A stretch of 37,693 bases of DNA from an uncultured delta proteobacterium (GTDB lineage: Bacteria > Desulfobacterota > Syntrophia > Syntrophales > UBA2192). The notes beneath the pieces are model-generated. The model saw only the letters and a program-made list of their open reading frames with translations, was not told where the DNA came from and did no database searches. Made by a program: the position numbers and the translations under genes. The DNA lies in assembly GCA_963705165.1 (NCBI GenBank), contig CAVPJD010000005.1, forward strand, positions 1 to 37,693, in the 5' to 3' direction. Positions 27,992 through 37,693 of this stretch are shown here, piece by piece. How positions within the stretch are numbered: position 1 is the stretch's first letter; each line of letters begins with the position of its first letter.

Positions 27992-28182
27992 GATTCCTCT
28001 TCCGATTCCACTATGTTGCCTGGCTTCTATCTATTACAGGGGGCCCATGGAGTCAACTGAAAACGATTGCAGGCGGACGGGAGCCCCGTGCTTGCAGGAA
28101 GGGACTTCCCGAAAGGAAAACGGCCGGACCCTAATACTTTTTTTGTAGGGTTTTTCTAATCCGATCGCCGAAAAAATCATAC

Positions 28183-28211
28183 TTGCCTTTCCTCCGCGGG
28201 GCCCTTACCCT
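28183..28211 (+). promoter_or_regulatory. Putative sigma70 promoter for the NHL gene
   Basis: TTGCCT-N17-TACCCT. Confidence 0.35.
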
Positions 28212-28280
28212 GTTCCAAAGGCTGCCACGCATCAAATGGAATCACACTCCAGTGGCAGGGTCCGCGGCCGGGGAGAAGAC

Positions 28281-30422
28281 ATGAAGAAAAACGCTGTTTT
28301 CCGCCTGTCTTTTTTGGTCCTGATCACGATCTTGACCCTCGTCGCCCTGCCCCGCCCCAACGCCCCCGTGGCGTCGAACGGGGGTGCCGCGTTCGTCACC
28401 TCGTGGGGCTCGGACGTCACGGGCACCGGCAAATTCAATAAGCCCCTCGGCGTCGCCGTGGATGCCTCCGGAAATGTCTACGTGGCCGACACGCACAACC
28501 ACCGGATCCAGGTGTTCAATTCCGATGGCGACTTTGTCCGTTCCTGGGGGTCCTACGGTTCGGCAGACGGCCAGTTCAATCTGCCCTCCGACGTCAGCGT
28601 GGATTCCCTGGGAAGAGTCTACGTGGCCGACACCGGCAACAGCCGCATCCAGAAATTCACCTCCGCGGGCGGTTTTCTCCTCACGTGGGGCTCGCAGGGG
28701 AACGTCACAGGGCAGTTCGAGTCGCCCGCCGCCCTGGTTGCGGACCGTTCGAACGACGTATTCGTGGCCGACACGGGAAACAACCGCATCCAGAAGTTTG
28801 ACCCATCGGGCGGGTTTATCCTCGCCTGGGGCGGGGGCGCTGCCGGCACCGGCAACGGTCAGTTCAGCGGCCCCCTGGGGATCGCAACGGATCCGGCTGG
28901 AGACGTCTATGTGGCCGACACGGGCAACGACCGCATCCAGAAATTCAGCACGACAGGCATCTTCATCTTCGCATGGGGCTCCGCGGGCACGGGAAACTAC
29001 CAGTTCGACGCCCCTGCGGCCGTGGACACGGACAATTCCGGCAATGTTTATGTCGCCGATTCCCGCAACAGCCGCGTTCAGAAGTTCCTGGTCGCGGGTA
29101 CTGCGGCAGCCTACGTGACCCAGTGGGGGACGTTCGGCCCGGCAGCGCAGCAGTTCAACGCTCCCCGGGGATTGGCGCTGAACGCAGACGGCACCCTCGT
29201 CTACGTCGCAGACACGAACAACTGTCGCATCCAGCAGTACAATGACGCGGGAACGTGGGTCGCGCAATGGGGTTCCCTCCTGGTGGGATACGGTGACTTG
29301 TCGAGCCCCAGGGATGTCTATGTCGATCCGTCGGGAAACGTCTCCGTGGCGGACAGCGGGAATAACCGCATCCAGCAATTCACCTCTGCGGGCACGTTCA
29401 TCGCCACGTGGGGCTCCCTGGGAACCGCCGCCGCAGAGTTCAACACGCCCTCGGGGCTCTCCGCGGACTCCAGCGGTTATCTCTATGTCGCCGATACGGG
29501 CAATCACCGGATTCAAAAGTTCACTTCAACGAATCTCTTCGACCTCACGTGGGGCTCCCGGGGATCGGGAAACGGGCAATTCGAAGGCCCGCTGGGCATC
29601 GCCCTGGACTCCGGCAACAACGTCTACGTGGCGGACAGGGAAAACAACCGGATTCAGAGATTCAACTCGACAGGCGGTTTTCTCCTCACGTGGGGATCCC
29701 CCGGTGCAGGAAACGGCCAGTTCAATTCGCCGTCTGCCGTGGCAGTGGACAGCGCCGGGGCTGTCTATGTGGCGGACACGGGCAATCACCGCATCCAGAG
29801 GTTCACCTCCCTGGGTGTTTTTGCCGGCACCTTCGGTTCGCAGGGTACGGGCGACGGGCGGTTCGACAGCCCGTCCGGGATTGCCATCGACTCGAACGGT
29901 TTTCTCTACGTGGCCGACACGGGAAACCACCGCATCCAGAAATTCACGCCGACGGGTCTTTTCATCACCAAATGGGGCTCCTACGGGTCCGGCAGCATCC
30001 AGTTCGACGGGCCAAGGGGCCTCGCCTTCAGCCCCAACAGCAACCTCTACGTCGCCGACACAGGCAACCACCGCGTACAGGTGTTCACTCCCGGCAGCGT
30101 CCCGGGCGATACGAACGTAGCGGTGATCAGCTGCTTCATCGCCACGGCAGCCTACGGATCAACCCTGGACCCGCACGTCCAAGTCCTCAGGGACTTCAGG
30201 GACCGGGTGCTTGCACCGAGTCCGGCAGGCAGGGTCTTCCTGGATCTCTACCACGCAGCGTCGCCGCCCATCGCCCGGTTCATCGCGCAACACGAAGTGC
30301 TGCGGACGGCTGTCCGATGGGCGCTCACGCCGGTCGTCTACACGATCCAGTATCCGCTGCTGCTGGGATTGCTGCTCGTCCCAGCCGTCGGCCTGACCGT
30401 CGGGAGACGGCGTGTCAAATAA
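28281..30422 (+). CDS. Secreted/anchored NHL-repeat protein (12 repeats) with C-terminal CFI-box-CTERM domain
   Basis: Signal peptide [22 protein letters not shown]; 12 copies of [18 protein letters not shown]; then [21 protein letters not shown], a TM helix and an RRRVK tail. Confidence 0.9.
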   Translation: MKKNAVFRLSFLVLITILTLVALPRPNAPVASNGGAAFVTSWGSDVTGTGKFNKPLGVAVDASGNVYVADTHNHRIQVFNSDGDFVRSWGSYGSADGQFNLPSDVSVDSLGRVYVADTGNSRIQKFTSAGGFLLTWGSQGNVTGQFESPAALVADRSNDVFVADTGNNRIQKFDPSGGFILAWGGGAAGTGNGQFSGPLGIATDPAGDVYVADTGNDRIQKFSTTGIFIFAWGSAGTGNYQFDAPAAVDTDNSGNVYVADSRNSRVQKFLVAGTAAAYVTQWGTFGPAAQQFNAPRGLALNADGTLVYVADTNNCRIQQYNDAGTWVAQWGSLLVGYGDLSSPRDVYVDPSGNVSVADSGNNRIQQFTSAGTFIATWGSLGTAAAEFNTPSGLSADSSGYLYVADTGNHRIQKFTSTNLFDLTWGSRGSGNGQFEGPLGIALDSGNNVYVADRENNRIQRFNSTGGFLLTWGSPGAGNGQFNSPSAVAVDSAGAVYVADTGNHRIQRFTSLGVFAGTFGSQGTGDGRFDSPSGIAIDSNGFLYVADTGNHRIQKFTPTGLFITKWGSYGSGSIQFDGPRGLAFSPNSNLYVADTGNHRVQVFTPGSVPGDTNVAVISCFIATAAYGSTLDPHVQVLRDFRDRVLAPSPAGRVFLDLYHAASPPIARFIAQHEVLRTAVRWALTPVVYTIQYPLLLGLLLVPAVGLTVGRRRVK

Positions 30423-30581
30423 GGTATCAGGTATCGGGTGACAGGTGACAGGAAAAGACAGCGGCTAACGAAATTGTTACTGTTACTTCCTGTTACCTGT
30501 TACCTGTTACCTGTTACCTGTTACCTGTTACCTGTTCCACTTCCTCCACTTCTGCCACTTTTGCCACTTCTTTCACTTTTT
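30422..30581. repeat. Inverted heptamer arrays (AGGTATC/AGGTGAC vs CCTGTTA x6) followed by a 9-mer CCACTTYYN array
   Basis: Six perfect CCTGTTA copies at 30489-30530; five degenerate 9-mers at 30537-30581. Confidence 0.9.
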
Positions 30582-30657
30582 TTTTGCGTAAGAAAGCCTT
30601 TGCCCCCCTGCACCCCTTTCTGCTACATCATCATGAAATCCCTCCGAGAGGTTCGCC

Positions 30658-33600
30658 ATGCGTCACACCGGCACGTTTGCCAAGCGGGTTCATCGGATCC
30701 TTGTCCTCTCCCTGCCCTTTTTCATCCTGATTGCACTCATCCCTGCCCTCGCCCGGGAGGTTCAGGCAGCAGCGCAGATCGAGCACTTCTCGCCGCAGGG
30801 CACCGTCAAGGAAATCAGGCAGGTGACGGCGCGGTTTTCGGAGCCCATGGTCTCCTTCGGCGACCCGCGGCTTGCGGACCCCTTCGACATACGCTGCGTC
30901 GAGAAAGGCCAGGGGCGATGGATCGATGCCCGGACCTGGTCCTATAATTTCGACCGGGATCTGCCCGGCGGCGTCGCCTGCAACTTCACCCTGAAGGCCG
31001 GCGTAAAGACGCTGGCGGGAACCCCCGTGTCCGCCGATACGGGCTTCGCCTTCTCCACGGGTGGCCCGTCCATTCTGCGGTCGAACCCCTACGAGGGGGA
31101 CACGACCATCGACGAGAAACAGATCTTTGTCCTTTACCTGGACGCGGAACCCGCGCAGGAGTCTCTCCTGAAGAACGTCTGGTTCTCCGTGAGCGGCGTC
31201 AGCGAGCGGGTGGGCGTGACGATGGTATCGGGAAAAGAACGCGAGCAGGTCCTCAAGGCCCTGCGCTACCGGAAGGACGAGGGAAGGGTCGTGACCCTCC
31301 GGGCCAAACAGGCCTTCCCGCCCTCGGCGAAGCTCCGGCTTGTCTGGGGCAAGGGCATCGCCGCCAAGAGCGGTGTGGCAACGGAGGAGGACCAGGTCCT
31401 CGAGTTCCAGGCCCGGGTCCCTTTCCGGGCGGAGTTCTCCTGCCCGCGTGAGAAAAAGGGAGGCGCCTGCATCCCCGTGCTGCCCATGCGCCTGACCTTC
31501 TCGGCTCCGGTGCCCTGGAGCCTGGCCAGGGACATCACCCTCCGGAGCGAAAACGGCAAGGCGTGGAAACCGAAGTCGACGGGCGATGAGAGCCGCACGC
31601 ATACCCAGGCGATCATCTTCCCGGGGCCTTTCCCCGAGAAGGCCGCCTTCTCGATCGAGATGCCGACGGGAATGAAGGATGACGCAGGGCGGCCCCTGGC
31701 CAATGCCAACCGGTTCCCGCTCGCGGTGAAGACGGAGAGCTACCCGCCGCTCGCGAAGTTTTCTGCCCGCTTCGGGATCCTCGAGGCGGCAAACCCGATT
31801 CTGCCCGTGACGGTGCGAAACGTCGAAGCAGAGCTGAAGAACCACCTGCTTTCCGTCGAGGGAGAGGCCGAGGAGATCCTCCCCGAGGCCCCGGAGACCC
31901 CAACAGGGGGAGGCAGACAGGCTCAGACGGAGGCCGCCGGGAAGACACCGGCCGTCACCCAGCAGGTGAAGGGCAAGGTCCGGAAAGTGAATCTCGACCA
32001 GGAGGAGCGGGTCATCCACTGGCTGCGAAACATCGCCGCGGCCACCCGCGAGAAGTCCGTCTTCGCAGGGCAGGCGGGAGGGAAGGAATTCAAGCTGCCG
32101 GCACCGGGCGGCGGAAAGGCCTTCGAAGTCATCGGCATCCCCCTCGAAAAGCCCGGCTTCTACGTCGTGGAGCTCGAGAGCCGCATCCTGGGCACCCACC
32201 TCCTGGGAAAACCCGCCCCCCTGTACGTGCCCGCGTCGGCCCTCGTGACAAACCTGGCGGCCCATTTCAAATGGGGCCGCGAGTCCTCGCTCGTCTGGGT
32301 CACGGCCCTCGACACGGCAGGCCCCGTTGCCGGCGCCGGCGTCTCCATCCGGGACTGCAGCGGCAAGCGCATCTGGCAGGGCAAAACGGACGAGCGGGGC
32401 GTCGCACTGATCCAGGGCACCCTGCCCTCCCAGGACACACAGGCCCGATGCAACTGGCCCGTCAACTACTACGAGGCCACGGGCATGCTGGGCGGCATGA
32501 GCTCGGGCCTCTTCGTCTTCGCCCGGTCGGGAAGCGATGCAACCTTTACCCACTCGAGCTGGGAGGACGGCATCGAGCCCTGGCGTTTCCAGCTTCCCTC
32601 AGCCGACTACCGCGGCCTCGACGATGTCATCGCCCACACGGTTTTCGACCGCACGCTCCTGCGGGCAGGCGAGACGGTTCACATGAAACACATCCTGCGG
32701 ATCCCCACGACGAGCGGTTTCACCCTGCCCGATGAAAAGGCACGATTCGACGAAGTGGTGATCCGCCATGGCGGGAGCGGGCAGGAATACCGGATGCCGG
32801 TTTCCTGGAAAGACAACGGCAGCGCCGGGACGGACTGGAAGATCCCCGAGGGGGCACGGCTCGGCGCCTATGAGGTGGCCCTCGCACGCAAAGGGGACAA
32901 AAAGGGAGCGGCAACGCTGAGCACCGGCTCCTTCCAGGTGGAGGAGTTCCGAATCCCGCTGATGAAGGCGCTCGTCCAGGGGCCCGCCGAGACGCCCGTG
33001 CAGCCCAACGAGGTCGGCATCGATCTTGCCGTCTCCTACTTCTCGGGCGGAGGCGCGGGAAGGCTCCCGGTGAAGCTCCGCGGCGAGCTCCGTCCGCGAA
33101 CGGTCGCCTTCAGGGGCTATGACGAGTACACCTTCTCGGGCGAGCGCCTGAAGGAGGGCACCCGGAAGTTCGCGCCGGAGGATGAGCTCGGCATCGACGA
33201 AGAAGCCGCGCCCGGCCGCGAGAAGCCCCGCCGACTCCCCACGCAGGAGTTGAAACTCGACGATGCGGGGTCAGCACGTACGAAATTCGCGAAGCTGCCG
33301 AAGATCGACACACCGAAGTCGCTCCACGCCGAGCTCGAGTACCGCGACCCCAACGGCGAGGTCCAGACGGCGGCAACGAACATCCCGCTTGCCCCCTCGA
33401 AGCGCGCCGTGGGCCTGAAGCCCGACTCCTGGGCAGCCTCGGCCGAGGCCCTTCGCTATCGCGTCGTGGTCCTCGATCTTGCCGGCAACCCTGTTGCCGA
33501 CAGCGAAGTTTCCGTGGATCTCTACCAGCGCAAGACCTACTCGCACCGCAGGCGGATCGCCGGCGGGTTCTACTCCTACGAGAACGTGACCGAGATCAAG

Positions 33601-36486
33601 CGCATCAACCTGCCCTGCACGGCCAAATCCGACGACGCCGGGATGGCGACCTGCGAGGCCGGCCCGCACTGCAAGGGAAAGACGGACGCCTCGGGCACCC
33701 TGCTCTGCGAGGCGCCCTCGCCCGTCTCGGGCGGCGTCATCCTCCAGGCCGAGACGAAAGACGAGGACGGAAATGCCGCCCTGGCCAACTTCAACCTCTG
33801 GGTGGCCGGCAAGGACGAATGGTGGTTCGAGGCCCGCAACGACGACCGCATCGACGTCATCGCCGAGAAGAAGCGCTACGAGCCCGGCGAGAAGGCCCGC
33901 CTCCAGGTCCGGATGCCCTTCCGCGAGGCCACGGCCCTCGTCACGGTGGAACGCGAGGGGATCCTCGACGTCTCCATCCAGAAGCTCTCGGGCAAAAGTC
34001 CCGTCGTGGAGATCCCCGTGAAGCGCAACTACGCACCCAACGCCTTCGTCTCGGTCCTCGCCGTCAGGGGCAGGACCGCCGAGGCGGCGCCCACGGCGAC
34101 CTTCGACCCCGCAAAGCCGGCCTACAAGCTCGGCATCGGCGAGATCCGCGTGGGATGGAAGGCCCACGAGCTTGCCGTGGAGGTCATGCCCGACAAGCCC
34201 GTCTACCGGGTGCGCCAGGAGGTCGATGTGCTCTTCCGGGTCCGCACGGCCGACGGGCGCAAGCTGCCGGATACGACGGAGCTGGCCGTGGCCGCCGTGG
34301 ACAAGGGGCTTCTCGCCCTGCGGCCGAACGGAAGCTGGGGGCTCCTCGAGTCGATGATGCGCCAGCGCCCTTACGAGATATTCACCTCGACGGCCCAGAT
34401 GATGGTCATCGGCAAGCGCCACTTCGGGCTCAAGGCACTCCCGCAGGGCGGCGGCGGCGGCAAGCAGATCACGCGCGAGCTTTTCGACACGCTGCTCACA
34501 TGGAAGGCGGTGGTGCCGCTCGATGAAAAGGGCGAGGCCCACCTTAAGATCCCGCTTACGGACAGCCTCACGGAATACCGGATCGTCGCCGTCGCGACAG
34601 GCGGGGCGGACTTCTTCGGCACGGGGCACTCCGACGTGCGAACGACACAGGACCTCATGCTGCTCCCGGGCATCGCACCTCTCGCCCGCGAGGGGGATTT
34701 CCTGAAAGCGGGCGTCACTCTGCGCAACACGACGCAGAAACCCATGAACGTGGAGGCAAAGCTCGCCGTCACGGCCGGAACGGAGAAAACCGATTACGAA
34801 ACCCTTCGCGCGGGGCTCTCGCCGGGCGAGGCAAAGGAGATCGGCTGGGATATCCGGATTCCTTCAGGTGTCGACAGGCTCGACTACGAGATCTCCGCGC
34901 TGGAGCGCGACGGGAAGACCTCGGACCGTGTCAAAGTCTCCCAGAAGGTGGTCCCAGCCGTTCCCGTCCGGACCTGGCAGGCCACCCTTGCACAGGTTCG
35001 GGACAAGGTCGAGATCCCCGTGGATCGCCCCGCCGGGGCCGTTGCCGGCAAAGGCGGAATCGTCGTCCGGCTGCAGCCGCGGATCGGCGACGGGCTTGCC
35101 GGCGTGCGCGAGTTCATGTCGCACTACCCCTACGGCTGCCTCGAGCAGAAAATCTCGAAGGCCGTGGCCCTGAAGGACAAGGCGCTCTGGCAGGAGCGGG
35201 TTCGCGAGCTGCCGGCCTACCTCGACGACGAGGGACTGTTGAAGTACTTCCCTCTGATGCGTAAGGGAAGCGACGTGCTCACCTCCTACGTGCTCGCCGT
35301 TGCCCACGAGGCGGCACTCGAGATCCCGGCCTCTGCCCGGGAGCAGATGGAGACGGGACTGACGGGATTTGTGGAGGGGCGCGTGAGGCGCCCAGGAGAG
35401 CTCGCCACGGCGGATCTCGCCATCCGCAAGGTGGCCGCCGTCGAGGCCCTCTCGCGCTACGGAAAGGCGAAGGCGGCCCTGCTGGGCTCCGTGGCCATCG
35501 AGCCCAATCTCTGGCCCACATCGGCCGTGATCGACTGGATCGGCGTGCTCAAGCGGGTGGGCGACATCCCGGAGCGGGCAAAGAAGCTCACCTCGGCCCA
35601 GCAGATCCTGCGCTCGCGCCTCAACCTGCAGGGCACCACGATGGGCTTCTCCACGGAGCGGGCCGACAGCCTGTGGTGGCTCATGGTCACCCCCGACGTG
35701 AACGCCGTGCGCACGCTGCTTGCCGTGGTCGACCTCGACGCCTGGAAAGAGGACGCCCCGCGCATCGCAAAGGGCACGCTCGGCAGGATGAGACAGGGGC
35801 ACTGGGACACAACGACGGCAAACGCCTGGGGCACGCTCGCCTTCGAGAAGTTCTCGGCCGCCTTCGAGACGGAGAAGGTAACGGGCAAGACGACGGCCGC
35901 GCTGGGGTCGAAGATCTCGACTACGGGCTGGGGCTTCTGGGAAACGCCGGAAGGCGGCACGGCGCGCTTCGACTGGCCCGACGGGAAACAAAATCTGGCG
36001 ATCCGGCATGAGGGCGCAGGCGCTCCCTGGGCGACGGTCCAGGGGCTCGCGGCGATCCCCCTGAAAAAGCCCTTCTCGAGCGGCTACCGGATCAAGAAAA
36101 CCGTAACCGCCGTGGAAAAGAAAGTGAAGAGCTTCTGGAGCCGCGGTGACGTGGTGAGGGTCCTCCTCGAGGTCGAGGCCCAGTCCGACATGACCTGGGT
36201 CGTCCTGAGCGACCCCATCCCCGCGGGCTCGGCCATCCTCACGGTCGGCCTCGAACCGGGGGCGGACAAAAACGCGGGGCGCGCGCACGAGGCCTACACC
36301 GAGCGCGCCTTCGAAGCCTGCCGGTTCTATTACAGCTACGTCCCGAAGGGGACCTGGAAGACGGGCTACACGCTGCGTTTCAACAACCCGGGGACCTTCC
36401 AGCTGCCGCCCACGCGGGCCGAGGCGCTCTACGCGCCGGAGATGTTCGGGGAAATCCCCAACGCGTCGCTGTCGGTCAATCCGTGA
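30658..36486 (+). CDS. Bacterial alpha-2-macroglobulin family protein
   Basis: 1942 aa with signal peptide; DRTLLRAGETVH, FQVEEFR, VDKGLLAL, DSLTEYRI, thioester YPYGCLEQ, PPTRAEALYAPE; followed by pbpC. Confidence 0.95.
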   Translation: MRHTGTFAKRVHRILVLSLPFFILIALIPALAREVQAAAQIEHFSPQGTVKEIRQVTARFSEPMVSFGDPRLADPFDIRCVEKGQGRWIDARTWSYNFDRDLPGGVACNFTLKAGVKTLAGTPVSADTGFAFSTGGPSILRSNPYEGDTTIDEKQIFVLYLDAEPAQESLLKNVWFSVSGVSERVGVTMVSGKEREQVLKALRYRKDEGRVVTLRAKQAFPPSAKLRLVWGKGIAAKSGVATEEDQVLEFQARVPFRAEFSCPREKKGGACIPVLPMRLTFSAPVPWSLARDITLRSENGKAWKPKSTGDESRTHTQAIIFPGPFPEKAAFSIEMPTGMKDDAGRPLANANRFPLAVKTESYPPLAKFSARFGILEAANPILPVTVRNVEAELKNHLLSVEGEAEEILPEAPETPTGGGRQAQTEAAGKTPAVTQQVKGKVRKVNLDQEERVIHWLRNIAAATREKSVFAGQAGGKEFKLPAPGGGKAFEVIGIPLEKPGFYVVELESRILGTHLLGKPAPLYVPASALVTNLAAHFKWGRESSLVWVTALDTAGPVAGAGVSIRDCSGKRIWQGKTDERGVALIQGTLPSQDTQARCNWPVNYYEATGMLGGMSSGLFVFARSGSDATFTHSSWEDGIEPWRFQLPSADYRGLDDVIAHTVFDRTLLRAGETVHMKHILRIPTTSGFTLPDEKARFDEVVIRHGGSGQEYRMPVSWKDNGSAGTDWKIPEGARLGAYEVALARKGDKKGAATLSTGSFQVEEFRIPLMKALVQGPAETPVQPNEVGIDLAVSYFSGGGAGRLPVKLRGELRPRTVAFRGYDEYTFSGERLKEGTRKFAPEDELGIDEEAAPGREKPRRLPTQELKLDDAGSARTKFAKLPKIDTPKSLHAELEYRDPNGEVQTAATNIPLAPSKRAVGLKPDSWAASAEALRYRVVVLDLAGNPVADSEVSVDLYQRKTYSHRRRIAGGFYSYENVTEIKRINLPCTAKSDDAGMATCEAGPHCKGKTDASGTLLCEAPSPVSGGVILQAETKDEDGNAALANFNLWVAGKDEWWFEARNDDRIDVIAEKKRYEPGEKARLQVRMPFREATALVTVEREGILDVSIQKLSGKSPVVEIPVKRNYAPNAFVSVLAVRGRTAEAAPTATFDPAKPAYKLGIGEIRVGWKAHELAVEVMPDKPVYRVRQEVDVLFRVRTADGRKLPDTTELAVAAVDKGLLALRPNGSWGLLESMMRQRPYEIFTSTAQMMVIGKRHFGLKALPQGGGGGKQITRELFDTLLTWKAVVPLDEKGEAHLKIPLTDSLTEYRIVAVATGGADFFGTGHSDVRTTQDLMLLPGIAPLAREGDFLKAGVTLRNTTQKPMNVEAKLAVTAGTEKTDYETLRAGLSPGEAKEIGWDIRIPSGVDRLDYEISALERDGKTSDRVKVSQKVVPAVPVRTWQATLAQVRDKVEIPVDRPAGAVAGKGGIVVRLQPRIGDGLAGVREFMSHYPYGCLEQKISKAVALKDKALWQERVRELPAYLDDEGLLKYFPLMRKGSDVLTSYVLAVAHEAALEIPASAREQMETGLTGFVEGRVRRPGELATADLAIRKVAAVEALSRYGKAKAALLGSVAIEPNLWPTSAVIDWIGVLKRVGDIPERAKKLTSAQQILRSRLNLQGTTMGFSTERADSLWWLMVTPDVNAVRTLLAVVDLDAWKEDAPRIAKGTLGRMRQGHWDTTTANAWGTLAFEKFSAAFETEKVTGKTTAALGSKISTTGWGFWETPEGGTARFDWPDGKQNLAIRHEGAGAPWATVQGLAAIPLKKPFSSGYRIKKTVTAVEKKVKSFWSRGDVVRVLLEVEAQSDMTWVVLSDPIPAGSAILTVGLEPGADKNAGRAHEAYTERAFEACRFYYSYVPKGTWKTGYTLRFNNPGTFQLPPTRAEALYAPEMFGEIPNASLSVNP

Positions 36487-36508
36487 CGCGACAGAGTCGC
36501 GTAAAAGA

Positions 36509-36744
36509 AGCGTGTCGCGTGCAGAGGGTAGCGTGTCGTGGGAGAAGAAATGACGGGAGTAAAGATAAAATAAGTCCTCGCGAGCCGAACCTCGCGAGGA
36601 GTGGCGATCCACGTTTGAGATCGTCGCGTTGATTCTATAACAAAGATTGCGTCGCTGTAATCGCAAGAATGACATACTTTCAACACAGTTGCTGAACTTG
36701 GCCGCGAAGCGGCCTGACACGCTACCCGCTACACGCTACACGCT
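36509..36744. repeat. Heptamer inverted arrays (GCGTGTC / GCTACAC) enclosing a ~100-bp palindromic element (36574-36673)
   Basis: Left arm 36509-36538, right arm 36716-36744; the inner element is paralogous to 6281-6384. Confidence 0.85.
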
Positions 36745-36767
36745 TCTGCGACAAGACGGAATAGACC

Positions 36768-37693
36768 ATGCTTCGTTTATCGATAAAAGGATGGAAGTTC
36801 GCAATTGCAGCCCTTCTGATTGGCTGTGCGGCCTTCCTGTGCACGCTGGCGGCCGGGCTTTATCTCTCCGGGCCGTTGCTGCCATCCTTTGAAAAAGGTG
36901 CGCGCTTCGCACCGCCTCTCCGATGCGCAGCTCCTGGACCGGCATGGCAGCGTCATCCACGAGATGCGCGTTGACCCGACGGGGCGGCGCCTGGAGTGGG
37001 TTGCGCTCACCGACATCTCGCCTGCGCTCGCCCGTGCCGTCGTTGCGGCCGAAGACAGGCGATTCCACAATCATGCCGGCGTCGACTGGCAGGCCCTCGG
37101 TGCCTCGCTTGTGCGCCATATCGCCTCGGGCGGGTCCCGCGGCGCAAGCACCATCGCCATGCAGCTTGCCTCGCGCCTCGACCAAACCGCGACGCCCCGC
37201 GGCGCAAAGAGAACCTGGAAAGAGAAGCTGCGCCAGATCTCGGCAGCCCTGGCGCTGGAGCGGGCCTGGTCCAAGGGCGAGATCCTCGAGGCCTATCTGA
37301 ACCTCATTACGTTCCGGGGGGAGCTGCAGGGGATCGCCGCCGCATCGCGCGGGCTCTTCGACAAGGACCCCTCGGGTCTCAACGAGGCGGAGTCGCTCAT
37401 CCTGGCATCGCTCATCCCTTCCTCAAGGACGACGGCGGGCACCGTGGCGCGCAGGGCCATGCGGCTTGCCGCCCGGACGGGATCGGAGGCGGCCGCCGAA
37501 GAGATCGCAGCACTCACCGCTCAGGCGCTCGGACGCCCCTACCGGATCCGTCCCCAGGTGGTGCTCGCCCCCCACGTGGCGCGGATGCTGATGCGGGGCG
37601 AAGGGGAGCGGATCCGATGCACCCTCGACGGGGAGCACCAGATATTTGCCCTCGAGGCCCTCAATCACCAGCTCGCACAGCTGAGGGAGAGAA
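36768..37693 (+). CDS. pbpC: Penicillin-binding protein 1C, N-terminal part; +1 frameshift near 36892-36898; runs off the window
   Basis: TM anchor and LPSFEK in one frame, continuing VRASHRLSDAQLLDRHG..AEDRRFHNHAGVD..RGASTIAMQLA..SKGEILEAYLN (GT51 motifs) in the next frame; downstream of the alpha-2-macroglobulin. Confidence 0.9.

Noticed and set aside
28090..28160. Possible c-di-GMP-I (GEMM) riboswitch upstream of the NHL gene (CCGAAAGG, CCCTAA)
   Set aside because: The GGCAAA and GACGCAAAGC elements are missing, and the region lies upstream of the likely promoter. An Infernal/Rfam scan would settle it.
28440..30085. Regularly spaced DNA repeats (GTGGCCGACACGGG..AACCGCATCCAG) resembling a CRISPR array
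   Set aside because: The ~141-nt period, codon-position variation and continuous reading frame show they are NHL protein repeats; no cas genes are present.
30438..30947. ORFs with LLPVTCY, YTLYP or similar repeats (also 10603-11109, 22309-22509, 5347-5796)
   Set aside because: These are translations of the intergenic heptamer arrays and palindromes, not credible proteins.

Overview
GC-rich bacterial chromosomal window. The gene order suggests a Syntrophales/Desulfobacterota-like organism (inference). From the left: the 3' half of a tRNA-Val(CAC), then an accessory + strand cluster of AmmeMemoRadiSam genes (radical SAM amrS and a fused amrB-amrA) with a 14-TM membrane protein carrying a degenerate spermidine-synthase-like domain. 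Next come a sigma54-driven small gene framed by inverted repeats and two further ORFs. A long minus-strand housekeeping run follows (miaB, DUF151, small ORF; then xerC-hslVU-argBDFGH-small lipoprotein-lysA-dapF-dapA-dapB-dapL-folK-YHS protein-fsa/tal-pgsA). The window ends with a + strand envelope cluster: a 12-NHL-repeat CFI-box-CTERM protein, an alpha-2-macroglobulin and a frameshifted, truncated pbpC. Two signals stand out. (1) All three proteins of the AmmeMemoRadiSam cluster look extracytoplasmic: a Tat signal, a lipoprotein-like signal, and a SAM-binding domain predicted to face the periplasm. (2) Most non-overlapping gene junctions carry inverted arrays of 7-9 bp tandem repeats, and in three cases these enclose cargo (palindromic elements or whole genes). 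All calls come from reading motifs by eye; no searches were run.
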